From positions 73,713 through 137,712 of the forward strand of contig JAPLKL010000051.1 of assembly GCA_026388095.1 (NCBI GenBank): a DNA stretch of 64,000 bases. The letters are read 5' to 3'. Below the pieces are notes generated by a model. It was not told where the DNA came from. It saw nothing but the letters and a program-made list of their open reading frames with translations, and did not search any database. The translations under genes and the position numbers were made by a program. Positions 41,099-50,039 of the stretch are shown piece by piece. The stretch's first letter is position 1. Each line of letters starts with the position of its first letter. Origin of the DNA: Elusimicrobiota bacterium (lineage in GTDB: Bacteria; Elusimicrobiota; Elusimicrobia; UBA1565; UBA9628).

Positions 41099-41766
41099 GC
41101 CGCCTCCTTCACTGCCACGAAATTCCAGCTCGCGAACACGTGCTCATCATGAGGGATTTCCTTCCTGACGACCTTGTGCTCCATGACCCGGATCCGAAAA
41201 CCGGAGAAAAGATCCACTATGTGTTTTTTATCGGAAAAATGGACGCAGCCTACGCCGGCGAATTGACCTTCCGCTATCCCGAAGCGTGTGTATTCGTCCT
41301 CCTGATGGGTCCCCTTCCGCGAGTCCGAATGCTGGGTCGAAAACCAATCGATCCCGATGAACTTCCCCCCTGGATTCAAGCGGGCGAGAATCATCTTCAA
41401 GGCGTTCTTGATCCCGGAAGTGGTCGCGTGGGTCAGCGACGAGCGGTCGACGATCAAATCGAACGAGCCCTCGAAAGGAATCTCCGCCGTAAAATCGCCC
41501 GTGACGATCCTGGCCTTGTAGTCGGGGAAGGCCTCCCAAAGTTTCCTGACAATGAATTCGCTACCTTCTATCGCGTAGTAGTCGACACCAAGATGCCGGA
41601 AGAAGGGGATATTGGCGCCCGCTCCACACCCCAACTCCAGGACCTTGAAGGAAGCGCCCTTGGGGGCAGCGTAGCGCCTCACGTAGGAAACCAAGTCCGA
41701 CCAAGGCCAGATGCTCATCTGGGTGTTCTCCCGATACCGGTCGTCCCACTCCTTCGAGAAACCCAT
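41095..41766 (-). CDS. class I SAM-dependent methyltransferase
   Basis: VLELGCGAGAN motif I. Confidence 0.7.
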   Translation of the reverse strand: MGFSKEWDDRYRENTQMSIWPWSDLVSYVRRYAAPKGASFKVLELGCGAGANIPFFRHLGVDYYAIEGSEFIVRKLWEAFPDYKARIVTGDFTAEIPFEGSFDLIVDRSSLTHATTSGIKNALKMILARLNPGGKFIGIDWFSTQHSDSRKGTHQEDEYTRFGIAEGQFAGVGCVHFSDKKHIVDLFSGFRIRVMEHKVVRKEIPHDEHVFASWNFVAVKEAA

Positions 41767-41779
41767 GTCCCCTTTCTCC

Positions 41780-42532
41780 CTATTCGATTACGCAATAACT
41801 TCGGCATGGCTCGAAGGGGAGCTTTTGCAGACGGAACTTATTGATTCCCAAGGTCGCGGCCAGCGCCTCCGTCTCTCCCGGCCACTGAGGGTTATTAAGT
41901 TCGTCGAAAGCGATGATACCGCCTTTGGGGATCATGGGAAGAATCATCTGGAGAGCCTTCTTCGTGGGCTCATGGATGTCGAGGTCAAAATAGGCCAGGG
42001 AGACCACGAGGTGGCGGTTCTCTTTGAGGAACCGAGGCAAGGTCTCGTTGATGTCTCCTTTTACGAAGGAGATCTTCTCGACGTGATTTAGGAAACGGTT
42101 CTTATCGAACAGGGCGACATTCTCCGCCAATTCTTGGTCAAATCCCTTGGTGGTGTAGAAATCGCCCTTCTTCGGGCCGGTCTTCGAGCCGTGAATTGCG
42201 TCTTTCTCGCTGACCTCTGGGAAGCCTTCGAAGGTGTCGAATCCAATGATCCTGCGTTGATAGTTATAGGGCTCCAGAATCGCACTGAGTTGCGCGAACG
42301 AGAAGGCCCCACCTCCTCGGAAGACACCAAATTCCAGGATAGAACCATGAACGTCGAGGACCTTCTGAAAAATCTCGTACTTGTAGAGGAAGGTCGCCAG
42401 AGCCTGGCGGCTCACGAACCGGGGGAAATTGGCCAGCTTGTCCGTGAGAGAACCACTCGCCCTGTTGAAAAAAACATCCATCCCTTTAGCGTAGTCCAGT
42501 TCCTGGCTTGTCCTGTTGATGGTTTTGTTCAT
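41780..42532 (-). CDS. TylF/MycF-family sugar O-methyltransferase
   Basis: GSILEFGVFRGGGAFSFA, IAFDEL, DLDIHE. Confidence 0.65.
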   Translation of the reverse strand: MNKTINRTSQELDYAKGMDVFFNRASGSLTDKLANFPRFVSRQALATFLYKYEIFQKVLDVHGSILEFGVFRGGGAFSFAQLSAILEPYNYQRRIIGFDTFEGFPEVSEKDAIHGSKTGPKKGDFYTTKGFDQELAENVALFDKNRFLNHVEKISFVKGDINETLPRFLKENRHLVVSLAYFDLDIHEPTKKALQMILPMIPKGGIIAFDELNNPQWPGETEALAATLGINKFRLQKLPFEPCRSYCVIE

Positions 42533-43269
42533 TGGCCCTCCCAGATGTCCGGCAATTCGCACTTGGCGATGTTCCCACTCATCAAGATATCAAAACTGCT
42601 GTCGCCGCAATTGAACAACAGGTCGATGATGCTCATATATGGGACGAAGTCGCCGTGCAGTTGAGGATAAACGGGGTGCTTGTAGTCTTGGAAGTAGATC
42701 TTGATGCCCGCAGGGGAGAACTCGTCCTCCTTAGCGTAATCCTTGCCAAGGATCCCGAAGATGTACAGGTCCGCGTGCATCTTTCTGCACATATCTAGGA
42801 CGAGGCCGGATTTATGGCCCTCGAAGTGGAGATCCGAAGCCTTGTGGAAATGGGCCTTGATTCCCAGCTCCTTTAGGAACCACTTCAGCATTGCCTCGTT
42901 TAAATCCGTCAGATATTTCCAGTCGGTCCTATAAACCTCCTCGAAGTAATCAGCGTACCTGCTGAAGTAGGGGGCCTTCTTGTAGTTCAGATGGATCGAC
43001 TTCCAGTGCTTTCTCCGCCAATCTGATGAATTGTCAATCTCAATTTCACGTATGGGCTTCTCTCGATGTCCGGTTGATAGGACCGGGACTGTGAGCCATA
43101 TCGGGCCACTCGCAGTCTTGATCTGGTTCCTGCTGTTCCAGTCCCTTTTCAGGTATTGGACATCATCAAAACTGCAGAATGCATCGCTGAGGGCAATCTT
43201 GTGGAACAACCCGAGCCAAGGCAGATAGACCGGCTGATGGGCAGTAAGAATCATGTCAGTTCTTTCCAA
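42529..43269 (-). CDS. WbqC-family protein (start may be 43254)
   Basis: MILTAHQPVYLPWLGLFHKI N-terminal signature of the WbqC family. Confidence 0.6.
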   Translation of the reverse strand: MERTDMILTAHQPVYLPWLGLFHKIALSDAFCSFDDVQYLKRDWNSRNQIKTASGPIWLTVPVLSTGHREKPIREIEIDNSSDWRRKHWKSIHLNYKKAPYFSRYADYFEEVYRTDWKYLTDLNEAMLKWFLKELGIKAHFHKASDLHFEGHKSGLVLDMCRKMHADLYIFGILGKDYAKEDEFSPAGIKIYFQDYKHPVYPQLHGDFVPYMSIIDLLFNCGDSSFDILMSGNIAKCELPDIWEGQ

Positions 43270-44281
43270 TCGCCGCGATGACTCGCTCGACCGCCTCGTC
43301 CGGCAGTGACGGATAGATTGGCAAAGAGACCGTCATCCTGGTCAGTCCCAGAGCTTTAGGAAGCGAATCAGGCCGGCCAAGCAGTTCCCAGTCATTGATC
43401 GGCACGATGGCTCCGATGCCGACTTCCTCGAGGGATTTTAATGTCCTCTCAGGAGACTCGGTCTTCAGCACCGCTCGGTATCTGGCAGGAGACAGACGCT
43501 GGGGACCCCGAGATGGCACATCCAGCAGTTCCATCCCAGAACGCCTATACTTGTCGAAAATCCGGGCCCTTGCATCCAGAAATCCGGGGAGCCTGCTCAA
43601 CTGCACCCTTCCGATGGCCGCCTGCAAATCCGTCATCTGAAAATTGAACCGAGCCTTGGCATCTCGCCGGCAGTCGAATTGACGGTAGTCCCTGACGGCA
43701 TCGGCCAACGTGCGGGTCTTTGAAACAATCATCCCACCTTGTCCCCCGCTGGTGATGAGCTTGGTCGCATAGAATGAAAATATCCCGATTTCTCCGCGCA
43801 ATCCGACCGGCGCACCGTCCACGGATGCCCCTAAAGCCTGGGCGCAGTCTTCAATGACCGGAATTTTTACAACTGAGACATCCGCTGGCAAACCATACAT
43901 ATGCGCAATGATGGCGATGTCCGCGGTGATGGAGTTGATGGCTTTCACATCGATGTTGGGGGAACCATCGGCGATGTCTGCAATCACCTCATGCCCCCCC
44001 GCCATGGCCGTAGCATGCCGCAACGCCGAGCAGCAATAGGCGGGGAAGAGGATCTTCTTGCCCCGGGCATCCAGAACCCACAACGCCAAGAACAAAGCTG
44101 CGGTGCCGCTCGACAAGGCCACAGCATGCCCGGCCGGCAATCCCAGGAACGCGCAAAACTCATCCTCTAATGCCTCGACTTCCTTGCCCTGTGCCACCCA
44201 ACCGGACTCCAACACTCTGGCGGCAGCGCATGACTCTTCCGTGCCCAGGGTCGGCCTGTTATGAGGAATATCAATCATCAT
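43256..44281 (-). CDS. DegT/DnrJ/EryC1/StrS-family PLP-dependent sugar aminotransferase (PseC-like position)
   Basis: FSFYATKLITSGG with catalytic Lys. Confidence 0.85.
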   Translation of the reverse strand: MMIDIPHNRPTLGTEESCAAARVLESGWVAQGKEVEALEDEFCAFLGLPAGHAVALSSGTAALFLALWVLDARGKKILFPAYCCSALRHATAMAGGHEVIADIADGSPNIDVKAINSITADIAIIAHMYGLPADVSVVKIPVIEDCAQALGASVDGAPVGLRGEIGIFSFYATKLITSGGQGGMIVSKTRTLADAVRDYRQFDCRRDAKARFNFQMTDLQAAIGRVQLSRLPGFLDARARIFDKYRRSGMELLDVPSRGPQRLSPARYRAVLKTESPERTLKSLEEVGIGAIVPINDWELLGRPDSLPKALGLTRMTVSLPIYPSLPDEAVERVIAAIGKN

Positions 44282-44969
44282 GATGACTTGTGGGTTGCCC
44301 GGGATAGAATGTGATTTCTAGGTCGTCCGGAAATTCGGGACGCACTGCCGGCTCCGCACGGAGATTGAATGTGGTCTCGCCGCAGACCAGAAAGGCAGGA
44401 TGTCTTTTTTCGCATGCCCGCAGCAGCTTGATGACATCCCGCACTTTCATATCCGGGCGGAGCCTGTTGTCTGCTGGGGTCCTCCGGGGGCGGTAAGTGC
44501 CTCGGCCCGTCTGTTTCATCCCGGTGATGGGCCTACCGACGAATCGGTCAAGGATCGCCCTCATCAATCTGGCGGTAATCTCGATATCCCAAACTCTCAG
44601 GATGTCCGCTGTATAGCCGTCCTTCATACCGAACTTGGCTTTCACAACGATATCTCCGGCATCGATCTCATCCGATGCCAGCATCCCTGACACGGTGTAA
44701 TGCTCCAGTCCTTCCATGATTGTGTGGAAAATGGGCGCCCAACCCTTCCCGCTCGGAAGATCCGAGCTGTGGAACACGACGACGTTAGTGTTTTTGGTGA
44801 GGTTTGGGATCTTCTTCCGATAGCACCAGGGCACTATCAAGTCATACTCCGCCCGATTCTCCGGTAGAATATCCCCGATCGAAATGACCGCATCGCCCAG
44901 ATACCTCTTCAGCGTATCGCTAAAGGTGTATTCATCGAGCGTATTCAGCAATATAAAGACCTTTCTCAT
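44271..44969 (-). CDS. sugar N-formyltransferase (Fmt-like fold)
   Basis: HSSDLPSGKG matches the HxSLLPxxRG formyltransferase motif; ~232 aa; ATGA overlap with pseI-like gene. Confidence 0.7.
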   Translation of the reverse strand: MRKVFILLNTLDEYTFSDTLKRYLGDAVISIGDILPENRAEYDLIVPWCYRKKIPNLTKNTNVVVFHSSDLPSGKGWAPIFHTIMEGLEHYTVSGMLASDEIDAGDIVVKAKFGMKDGYTADILRVWDIEITARLMRAILDRFVGRPITGMKQTGRGTYRPRRTPADNRLRPDMKVRDVIKLLRACEKRHPAFLVCGETTFNLRAEPAVRPEFPDDLEITFYPGQPTSHHDD

Positions 44970-46012
44970 GCGCCGATGGGGCTCCCTTTTGCATAGACCC
45001 GTCTTGCACGTTTCCCAATCAGTGATTCGAAACGGTTCGGAAGAAGCCCCCTCCCTCCGGGAATCCGCCGCATCCCGATGTTCTCGTCGCAAAATGCCTC
45101 CCCCCCCGAGATATCCTTCAGGGCCACGACAATTCGTTGGAACTCTCGCTTATTGGCCCTTTCAGTTTTCGTGGGCTTGACGATGCCGTCTCCCAGCATC
45201 GAGAAGGAATCTCGGATCGCCTTGACCCACACGGCAAGGCCCTGCTGGTCCGCGGAGAACCAATGGTCGGGCCCGGGCAGGTCGTGGTCCAAGGTAAAAT
45301 GCTTCTCTAGGAAGCAGGCGCCCAGCGCGACGGCCAGGGAGGACGCCAGAGGACCTTGGGTGTGGTCAGAATAACCTATCAGGATCCTCGGGAAAGCCTT
45401 TGCCAGCGTCCGAATCCGTAGCAGGTTGGCGTCGCAAAGAGGCGTCGGATATTGTGATGTGCAAACCAAGAGTATCGTGGGACATCCCCTCATCGCCCCC
45501 ACCGCGTCCAAGGATTGCCGGACCTCCGCCATATCCGACATCCCGCAAGACAGGATGATAGGCAGGCCGGTTTTGGCATAGGTTTTGAGCAGCGGGATAT
45601 TCGTAAAATCGTCCGACCCGACCTTGATGGCTTTCACTCCGAGCCCCAGAAGAACACCGAGGTCAGAAGGATTCTGGGGTGTAGACAAGAACATGATGCC
45701 TGCCGCGTCGCATTCCCTCTTGAGCGCTTTCCATTGACCCACCGAGAATTCGTATCTCTTGAACATCTTTAACATGGACTCGGTGACCTTCCGGCCCTGA
45801 GAACGATAGGTAAACATCTGCCGAGGGTCGGCGACGAACTCCTCGGCCTTGAAGGTCTGGAACTTGATGGCATCGGCGCCCGCCTTCTTTGCTACCCAGA
45901 TCATTCGGAAGGCCTTTGCAAGCTCGCCGTTATGATTGATGCCGGCTTCGGCGACGACAAAGGGCATCCCATAATTGGCGATCATGAACCTGCCAATCTT
46001 GACGCCACTCAT
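44966..46012 (-). CDS. pseI: nonulosonic acid synthase (NeuB/PseI/LegI family)
   Basis: VAEAGINHNG, C-terminal SAF domain; contains a G8 homopolymer on the coding strand (45099-45106). Confidence 0.8.
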   Translation of the reverse strand: MSGVKIGRFMIANYGMPFVVAEAGINHNGELAKAFRMIWVAKKAGADAIKFQTFKAEEFVADPRQMFTYRSQGRKVTESMLKMFKRYEFSVGQWKALKRECDAAGIMFLSTPQNPSDLGVLLGLGVKAIKVGSDDFTNIPLLKTYAKTGLPIILSCGMSDMAEVRQSLDAVGAMRGCPTILLVCTSQYPTPLCDANLLRIRTLAKAFPRILIGYSDHTQGPLASSLAVALGACFLEKHFTLDHDLPGPDHWFSADQQGLAVWVKAIRDSFSMLGDGIVKPTKTERANKREFQRIVVALKDISGGEAFCDENIGMRRIPGGRGLLPNRFESLIGKRARRVYAKGSPIGA

Positions 46013-47025
46013 GACGGCAGCCCCTGGGCGCGCGTCCGCGCGAGAGACAGCAGTCGGTTGACCAACCGACGGGCACCTTCACCGTCCATGGACCCCCTCC
46101 CAATCCGATTTCTTTCCGATCTGCTCGTCTGGCTCTGCAAAAGTTGAAACCCGGTCAAAACGGACTTGGCTAAACCTGCATCTACGCAACGGCCCGCATA
46201 GAAGATGAACCCCGTCTTCTCCCAGCCCCGAACATTGTTGAGTTGGTTATCGGCCTCGGCGATAGCGATGGTCGGAAGCCCCACTCTGGCTAGTTCATAC
46301 AGAGTCTGTCCGCCGGATGAAATCGCCAGATCCGAGACAAGCATGAGTTCCCTCATCCCGTCCGCGTCAGGAGTGTGGTAGAACTCGGTGTTCGGGTCGC
46401 CAGCCCTCTCGATCTCGGATATGTTCTTGAACCACTTGCCGATGACGACTCTCTTGCGGGCATCCGGAGCGTGTTCCGCCAAGCATCCCAGGGTCATGGG
46501 CGTCAGACCGGCCGAATCCGACCCGCCAAAGGTGACCATGATGTTCCGGACCTGCTCCCTGGGGCGCAAGGGCGGGACTTCCCAGAACTCGTGGCGCAGG
46601 GGGAAATACCGGACTCCCAGCAGATACTCGACATCGCGGCGTTGCGGGTAATCCAGTCCCTCCGCTAGGATGGCCCCGTTGACCACCACGCCGGCGGGAT
46701 AGCTGAGACGCAGGCAATCATCAAGATAGACCGGTAGCCGCGCCATTCGCGAGACATCGGTATAGAAACCCGGGCCCGCCAGATAGGAATCAATCAAGGC
46801 GATATCCGCATCCTCAAGCGACTGCGCGAGTTGTTCCGGCCCATGCAGCCAATCCTGCACTCGGAAACCATCATCTTCCGCCATGCGGGACAACTCCTTA
46901 TCCCCATTGACTATCAGTTCCGGAGTCACTCCCTGCTCCGCGAAGGCCGCACGAATCGCCATGCAGCGACTGACATGCCCAAATCCGATGTCTCCTCCAC
47001 CCTCGGTGATGATGAGCACCTTCAT
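46009..47025 (-). CDS. pseG: PseG-like UDP-sugar hydrolase (MurG-like GT-B fold)
   Basis: MKVLIITEGGGDIGFGHVSRC (GxGHxxR), ~338 aa. Confidence 0.65.
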   Translation of the reverse strand: MKVLIITEGGGDIGFGHVSRCMAIRAAFAEQGVTPELIVNGDKELSRMAEDDGFRVQDWLHGPEQLAQSLEDADIALIDSYLAGPGFYTDVSRMARLPVYLDDCLRLSYPAGVVVNGAILAEGLDYPQRRDVEYLLGVRYFPLRHEFWEVPPLRPREQVRNIMVTFGGSDSAGLTPMTLGCLAEHAPDARKRVVIGKWFKNISEIERAGDPNTEFYHTPDADGMRELMLVSDLAISSGGQTLYELARVGLPTIAIAEADNQLNNVRGWEKTGFIFYAGRCVDAGLAKSVLTGFQLLQSQTSRSERNRIGRGSMDGEGARRLVNRLLSLARTRAQGLPS

Positions 47026-47027
47026 CT

Positions 47028-47858
47028 TTAGGGCCGGTGTCGCTTCAGGAGCCGAGCCGCCTCGGGGAAACCATACAGCTTAAGGAATCTTGCCGCCTCG
47101 CGGATTTCATGCCGGACGCTCTTTATGGCAATCTTTTGATAAGTCCCGGCGTTTATCGACGAAAGCCATGGATGCATCCCGAAAAGACGGACTATTTCCC
47201 GGGCGTCAAAGTATCTGTTTTTCGGATAAAGATAGTCATAGACCGCGCAAAGCAGAAGATAATCCTCCTCCGTATCCAGCGTAATCCTTATTCCCGGCCG
47301 GCGGAGCGTCTTGCCGGCCTTGACCACCCCTATTTTGAACCGTTCGGGGTGGCTTTCTTGCATATAGACCGTGACATGCTCTCTTTCACAATCCTTGCGT
47401 GCATTTCGGAAAGCGGTTTCCAACGCAACGGACGAACAAACTTCCACGTCCAACCCATGCGCAAAAAACTGATTATAGGTGTAATCGCATGAACCGCGTA
47501 TGTGCCGACTAATCACCGCGTCGATTATCTGCGGATCGATGCATGGACAATCCGAGGTTATCCGGACTATCACATCGAGCCCGTTTTCTTGGGCGGCCAA
47601 ATGGTATCTGCTCAGAACGTCATCCCGGCTGCCCCTGAAAAACCGCGCCCCTTCCTTTTGGGCTATCTTCACGATGGGATCATCTTCTTTCCCTTCAGTC
47701 GTTGCGATGATAATCGCATCCGCCTTCTTCGACTTCTTTGCCCGGCGAATGACCTGCTCCAATACAGTGATCCCGCTGCCGAACGGAAGGTCTTTGAGGA
47801 CTTTCCCCGGCAGCCTGGTGGAGGAAGTCCTTGCCTGTATGATAATTCCTGTCTTCAT
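47028..47858 (-). CDS. pseF: nonulosonate cytidylyltransferase (SpsF/PseF type)
   Basis: IIQARTSSTRLPGKVLK. Confidence 0.7.
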   Translation of the reverse strand: MKTGIIIQARTSSTRLPGKVLKDLPFGSGITVLEQVIRRAKKSKKADAIIIATTEGKEDDPIVKIAQKEGARFFRGSRDDVLSRYHLAAQENGLDVIVRITSDCPCIDPQIIDAVISRHIRGSCDYTYNQFFAHGLDVEVCSSVALETAFRNARKDCEREHVTVYMQESHPERFKIGVVKAGKTLRRPGIRITLDTEEDYLLLCAVYDYLYPKNRYFDAREIVRLFGMHPWLSSINAGTYQKIAIKSVRHEIREAARFLKLYGFPEAARLLKRHRP

Positions 47859-48071
47859 ATTGGTTGCTTGGTTGCAAGCCTTAGTATAGCGCTTTCAGTG
47901 GCGCCGGCCCTTGTTCGTGAGCACACTCATCCCTGATTCAGGGGCTCAATCCGGCGGCGTTTTTGTATTATAACCTTTGCTAGCCCCCCACAGGGGCTTG
48001 GGCAAGATGGTTGCCTGCGATAATTCCCTTCATATGTTTCGCGGGGTCCCGCTTCGTGGTCCTCAGCACAC

Positions 48072-49031
48072 ATGAACGAAAATAGCTTTTTCGAGAGAAA
48101 TACCAAAACCACGATCATCGGGTTTCTGGCTGTAGCAATCATCTGTTCCGTCGTTGCAACGGAGCTGATTTTGAGACGTTTCATGGGCCTTGGCAATCCA
48201 CCGTTATATGACTCATCGCCATTTTACGGATACAGGCTCTTGCCTAATCAGAAAATCAAGAGGTTCCATGGAGCCGAAATCAAGGTCAACAACCTGGGAT
48301 TGCGGGCACAAGCCGATTGGCAAGGAGATGTGAAGAACAAAGTCCTATTCTTGGGAGATTCTGTTGCCTATGGCGGGAGCTATATCGACAATTCGGAATT
48401 GTTTGCTGTTTTGGCGGTCGGCACAATAGCTGGTCATGTCGGTGGAGATGCGGGCGTCAATGGATGGGGCATTGAGAACATCCATGGCTTGGTGGTTGGA
48501 ACACATTTCACTCCTGCGAGTACATACGTGACAGTTGTGACTGAGGGCGATTTCTATCGCGGGTTGACGAGGATGAGCGGTTTGCCATTTTTCAACAAGA
48601 AACCGACATGCGCGCTAGAAGAAGTAATCCTATTCCTGACGAACGAAATTGATAATAATAGAAGATATGTTGAATGGCAATCCTTCGCAAGCCAGCATGA
48701 GCAAGAAGCTGTCGTTGAAAAAGCCGTCATTAAGCTCCAGGAAATGGATGAGTTTTTGAAGAAGAGGAAATCCAAGCATCTGATATTCATTTCCCCGAGT
48801 CGAGCCCAGGTGCTGCACGGCGATTCGAAAGAACCTTTGGTAAGACAAATGCTGGAAAAACATGGGATCAAAACGATTTATATATTGGACAAGCTTGCGA
48901 AAATGCCTGCTGTCCGACAGGCGGCCATCTTTTATGATTCGATTCATTTGACGAAGGAGGGCCATCGGGTCTGGGCGGATATCATAGGGCTGGAGTTGCG
49001 AGAAGTGCTTAACCCCCGGGGTTCTCCTTAG
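48072..49031 (+). CDS. SGNH/GDSL hydrolase with N-terminal TM anchor (lower GC)
   Basis: LFLGDSVAYGG (GDS block), DSIHLTKEGH (DxxH block). Confidence 0.7.
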   Translation: MNENSFFERNTKTTIIGFLAVAIICSVVATELILRRFMGLGNPPLYDSSPFYGYRLLPNQKIKRFHGAEIKVNNLGLRAQADWQGDVKNKVLFLGDSVAYGGSYIDNSELFAVLAVGTIAGHVGGDAGVNGWGIENIHGLVVGTHFTPASTYVTVVTEGDFYRGLTRMSGLPFFNKKPTCALEEVILFLTNEIDNNRRYVEWQSFASQHEQEAVVEKAVIKLQEMDEFLKKRKSKHLIFISPSRAQVLHGDSKEPLVRQMLEKHGIKTIYILDKLAKMPAVRQAAIFYDSIHLTKEGHRVWADIIGLELREVLNPRGSP

Positions 49032-49036
49032 CCCCG

Positions 49037-49999
49037 ATGCCTCCGACCATGACCTCCACCCTGCTTTTCAGTTTCGCGGCAGGCCTGGCTGGAGCGTGGT
49101 TCATGGCGCGCTATGGGTTCACACTGCGCTTGGCGGATGCCCCCAATCCGCGGAGCTCACACTCCTCCGCGGTTCCCAAGGGCGGGGGCATCGGCATACT
49201 GCTGGCATTCCTTGTCGTCAGTTGGATGGCACACGCCCCCGCGCGTTTCATGATCCCGGCAGCCGCGATCGCCCTGATCGGCCTTATCGGCGATAGGACG
49301 CATATCGACCCGAAGGTCCGCCTCGCAGCGCAATTCACTGCCGCGCTCTTCTCGTTGAGCGGCGCAGGGTTGAATCCCCTATCCACAGTTCTTGCGGCAA
49401 TCTTTGTGGTCGGGACGGCCAACTTTTTCAACTTCATGGACGGCATCAACGGCATCGCCGGGATAACAGGAATAGTGGGGTTCGGCCTGCTCGGGGCCTT
49501 TGTCCACCAGCGGGCGCCGGGTGACCCCCTGGCTGGGGTCGCTTTCGGATTGGCCGCCGCTTGCGCCGGATTCCTCCCATTCAACTTCCCCCGCGCCAAG
49601 GTATTCATGGGCGACGTCGGCAGCGTCCTGCTCGGGTATGTGTTCGGATATGCCGCCGTACGGTCGAGCGCGAGCCCCGCCGACTTCGCCTGCTTATGCG
49701 CCTTTCTGTTCATGTTCTATGCGGATGAGTTGACGACGATGCTGGTCCGTCTGAGGGCAGGAGAGGATCTGTTCGTGGCTCACCGCCGGCATTACTACCA
49801 ACTCCTGGCCAACGAGCGCGGGATCCCGCACTGGAGGGTCTCGGCAGGATACGGCCTGGTTCAACTCTGTGTGGGCGCCTGCGCCTGGTGGGCGATGCGT
49901 CACGGCATCTGGCACCTTCTGGGGTTCCTCTCTGCTGCCTTTGCCGTTTTCTGCGGATTCAGTTTCGGCCTTCGGCGACGCCTGCCGACAAAAACCTGA
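49037..49999 (+). CDS. polytopic polyprenyl-phosphate HexNAc-1-phosphate transferase (WecA/WbpL/MraY family)
   Basis: NFMDGINGIAG and VFMGDVGS motifs. Confidence 0.8.
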   Translation: MPPTMTSTLLFSFAAGLAGAWFMARYGFTLRLADAPNPRSSHSSAVPKGGGIGILLAFLVVSWMAHAPARFMIPAAAIALIGLIGDRTHIDPKVRLAAQFTAALFSLSGAGLNPLSTVLAAIFVVGTANFFNFMDGINGIAGITGIVGFGLLGAFVHQRAPGDPLAGVAFGLAAACAGFLPFNFPRAKVFMGDVGSVLLGYVFGYAAVRSSASPADFACLCAFLFMFYADELTTMLVRLRAGEDLFVAHRRHYYQLLANERGIPHWRVSAGYGLVQLCVGACAWWAMRHGIWHLLGFLSAAFAVFCGFSFGLRRRLPTKT

Positions 50000-50039
50000 G
50001 ATAGCCGGCCGGCCTCATCCCTTTGATACAATATGCGTC

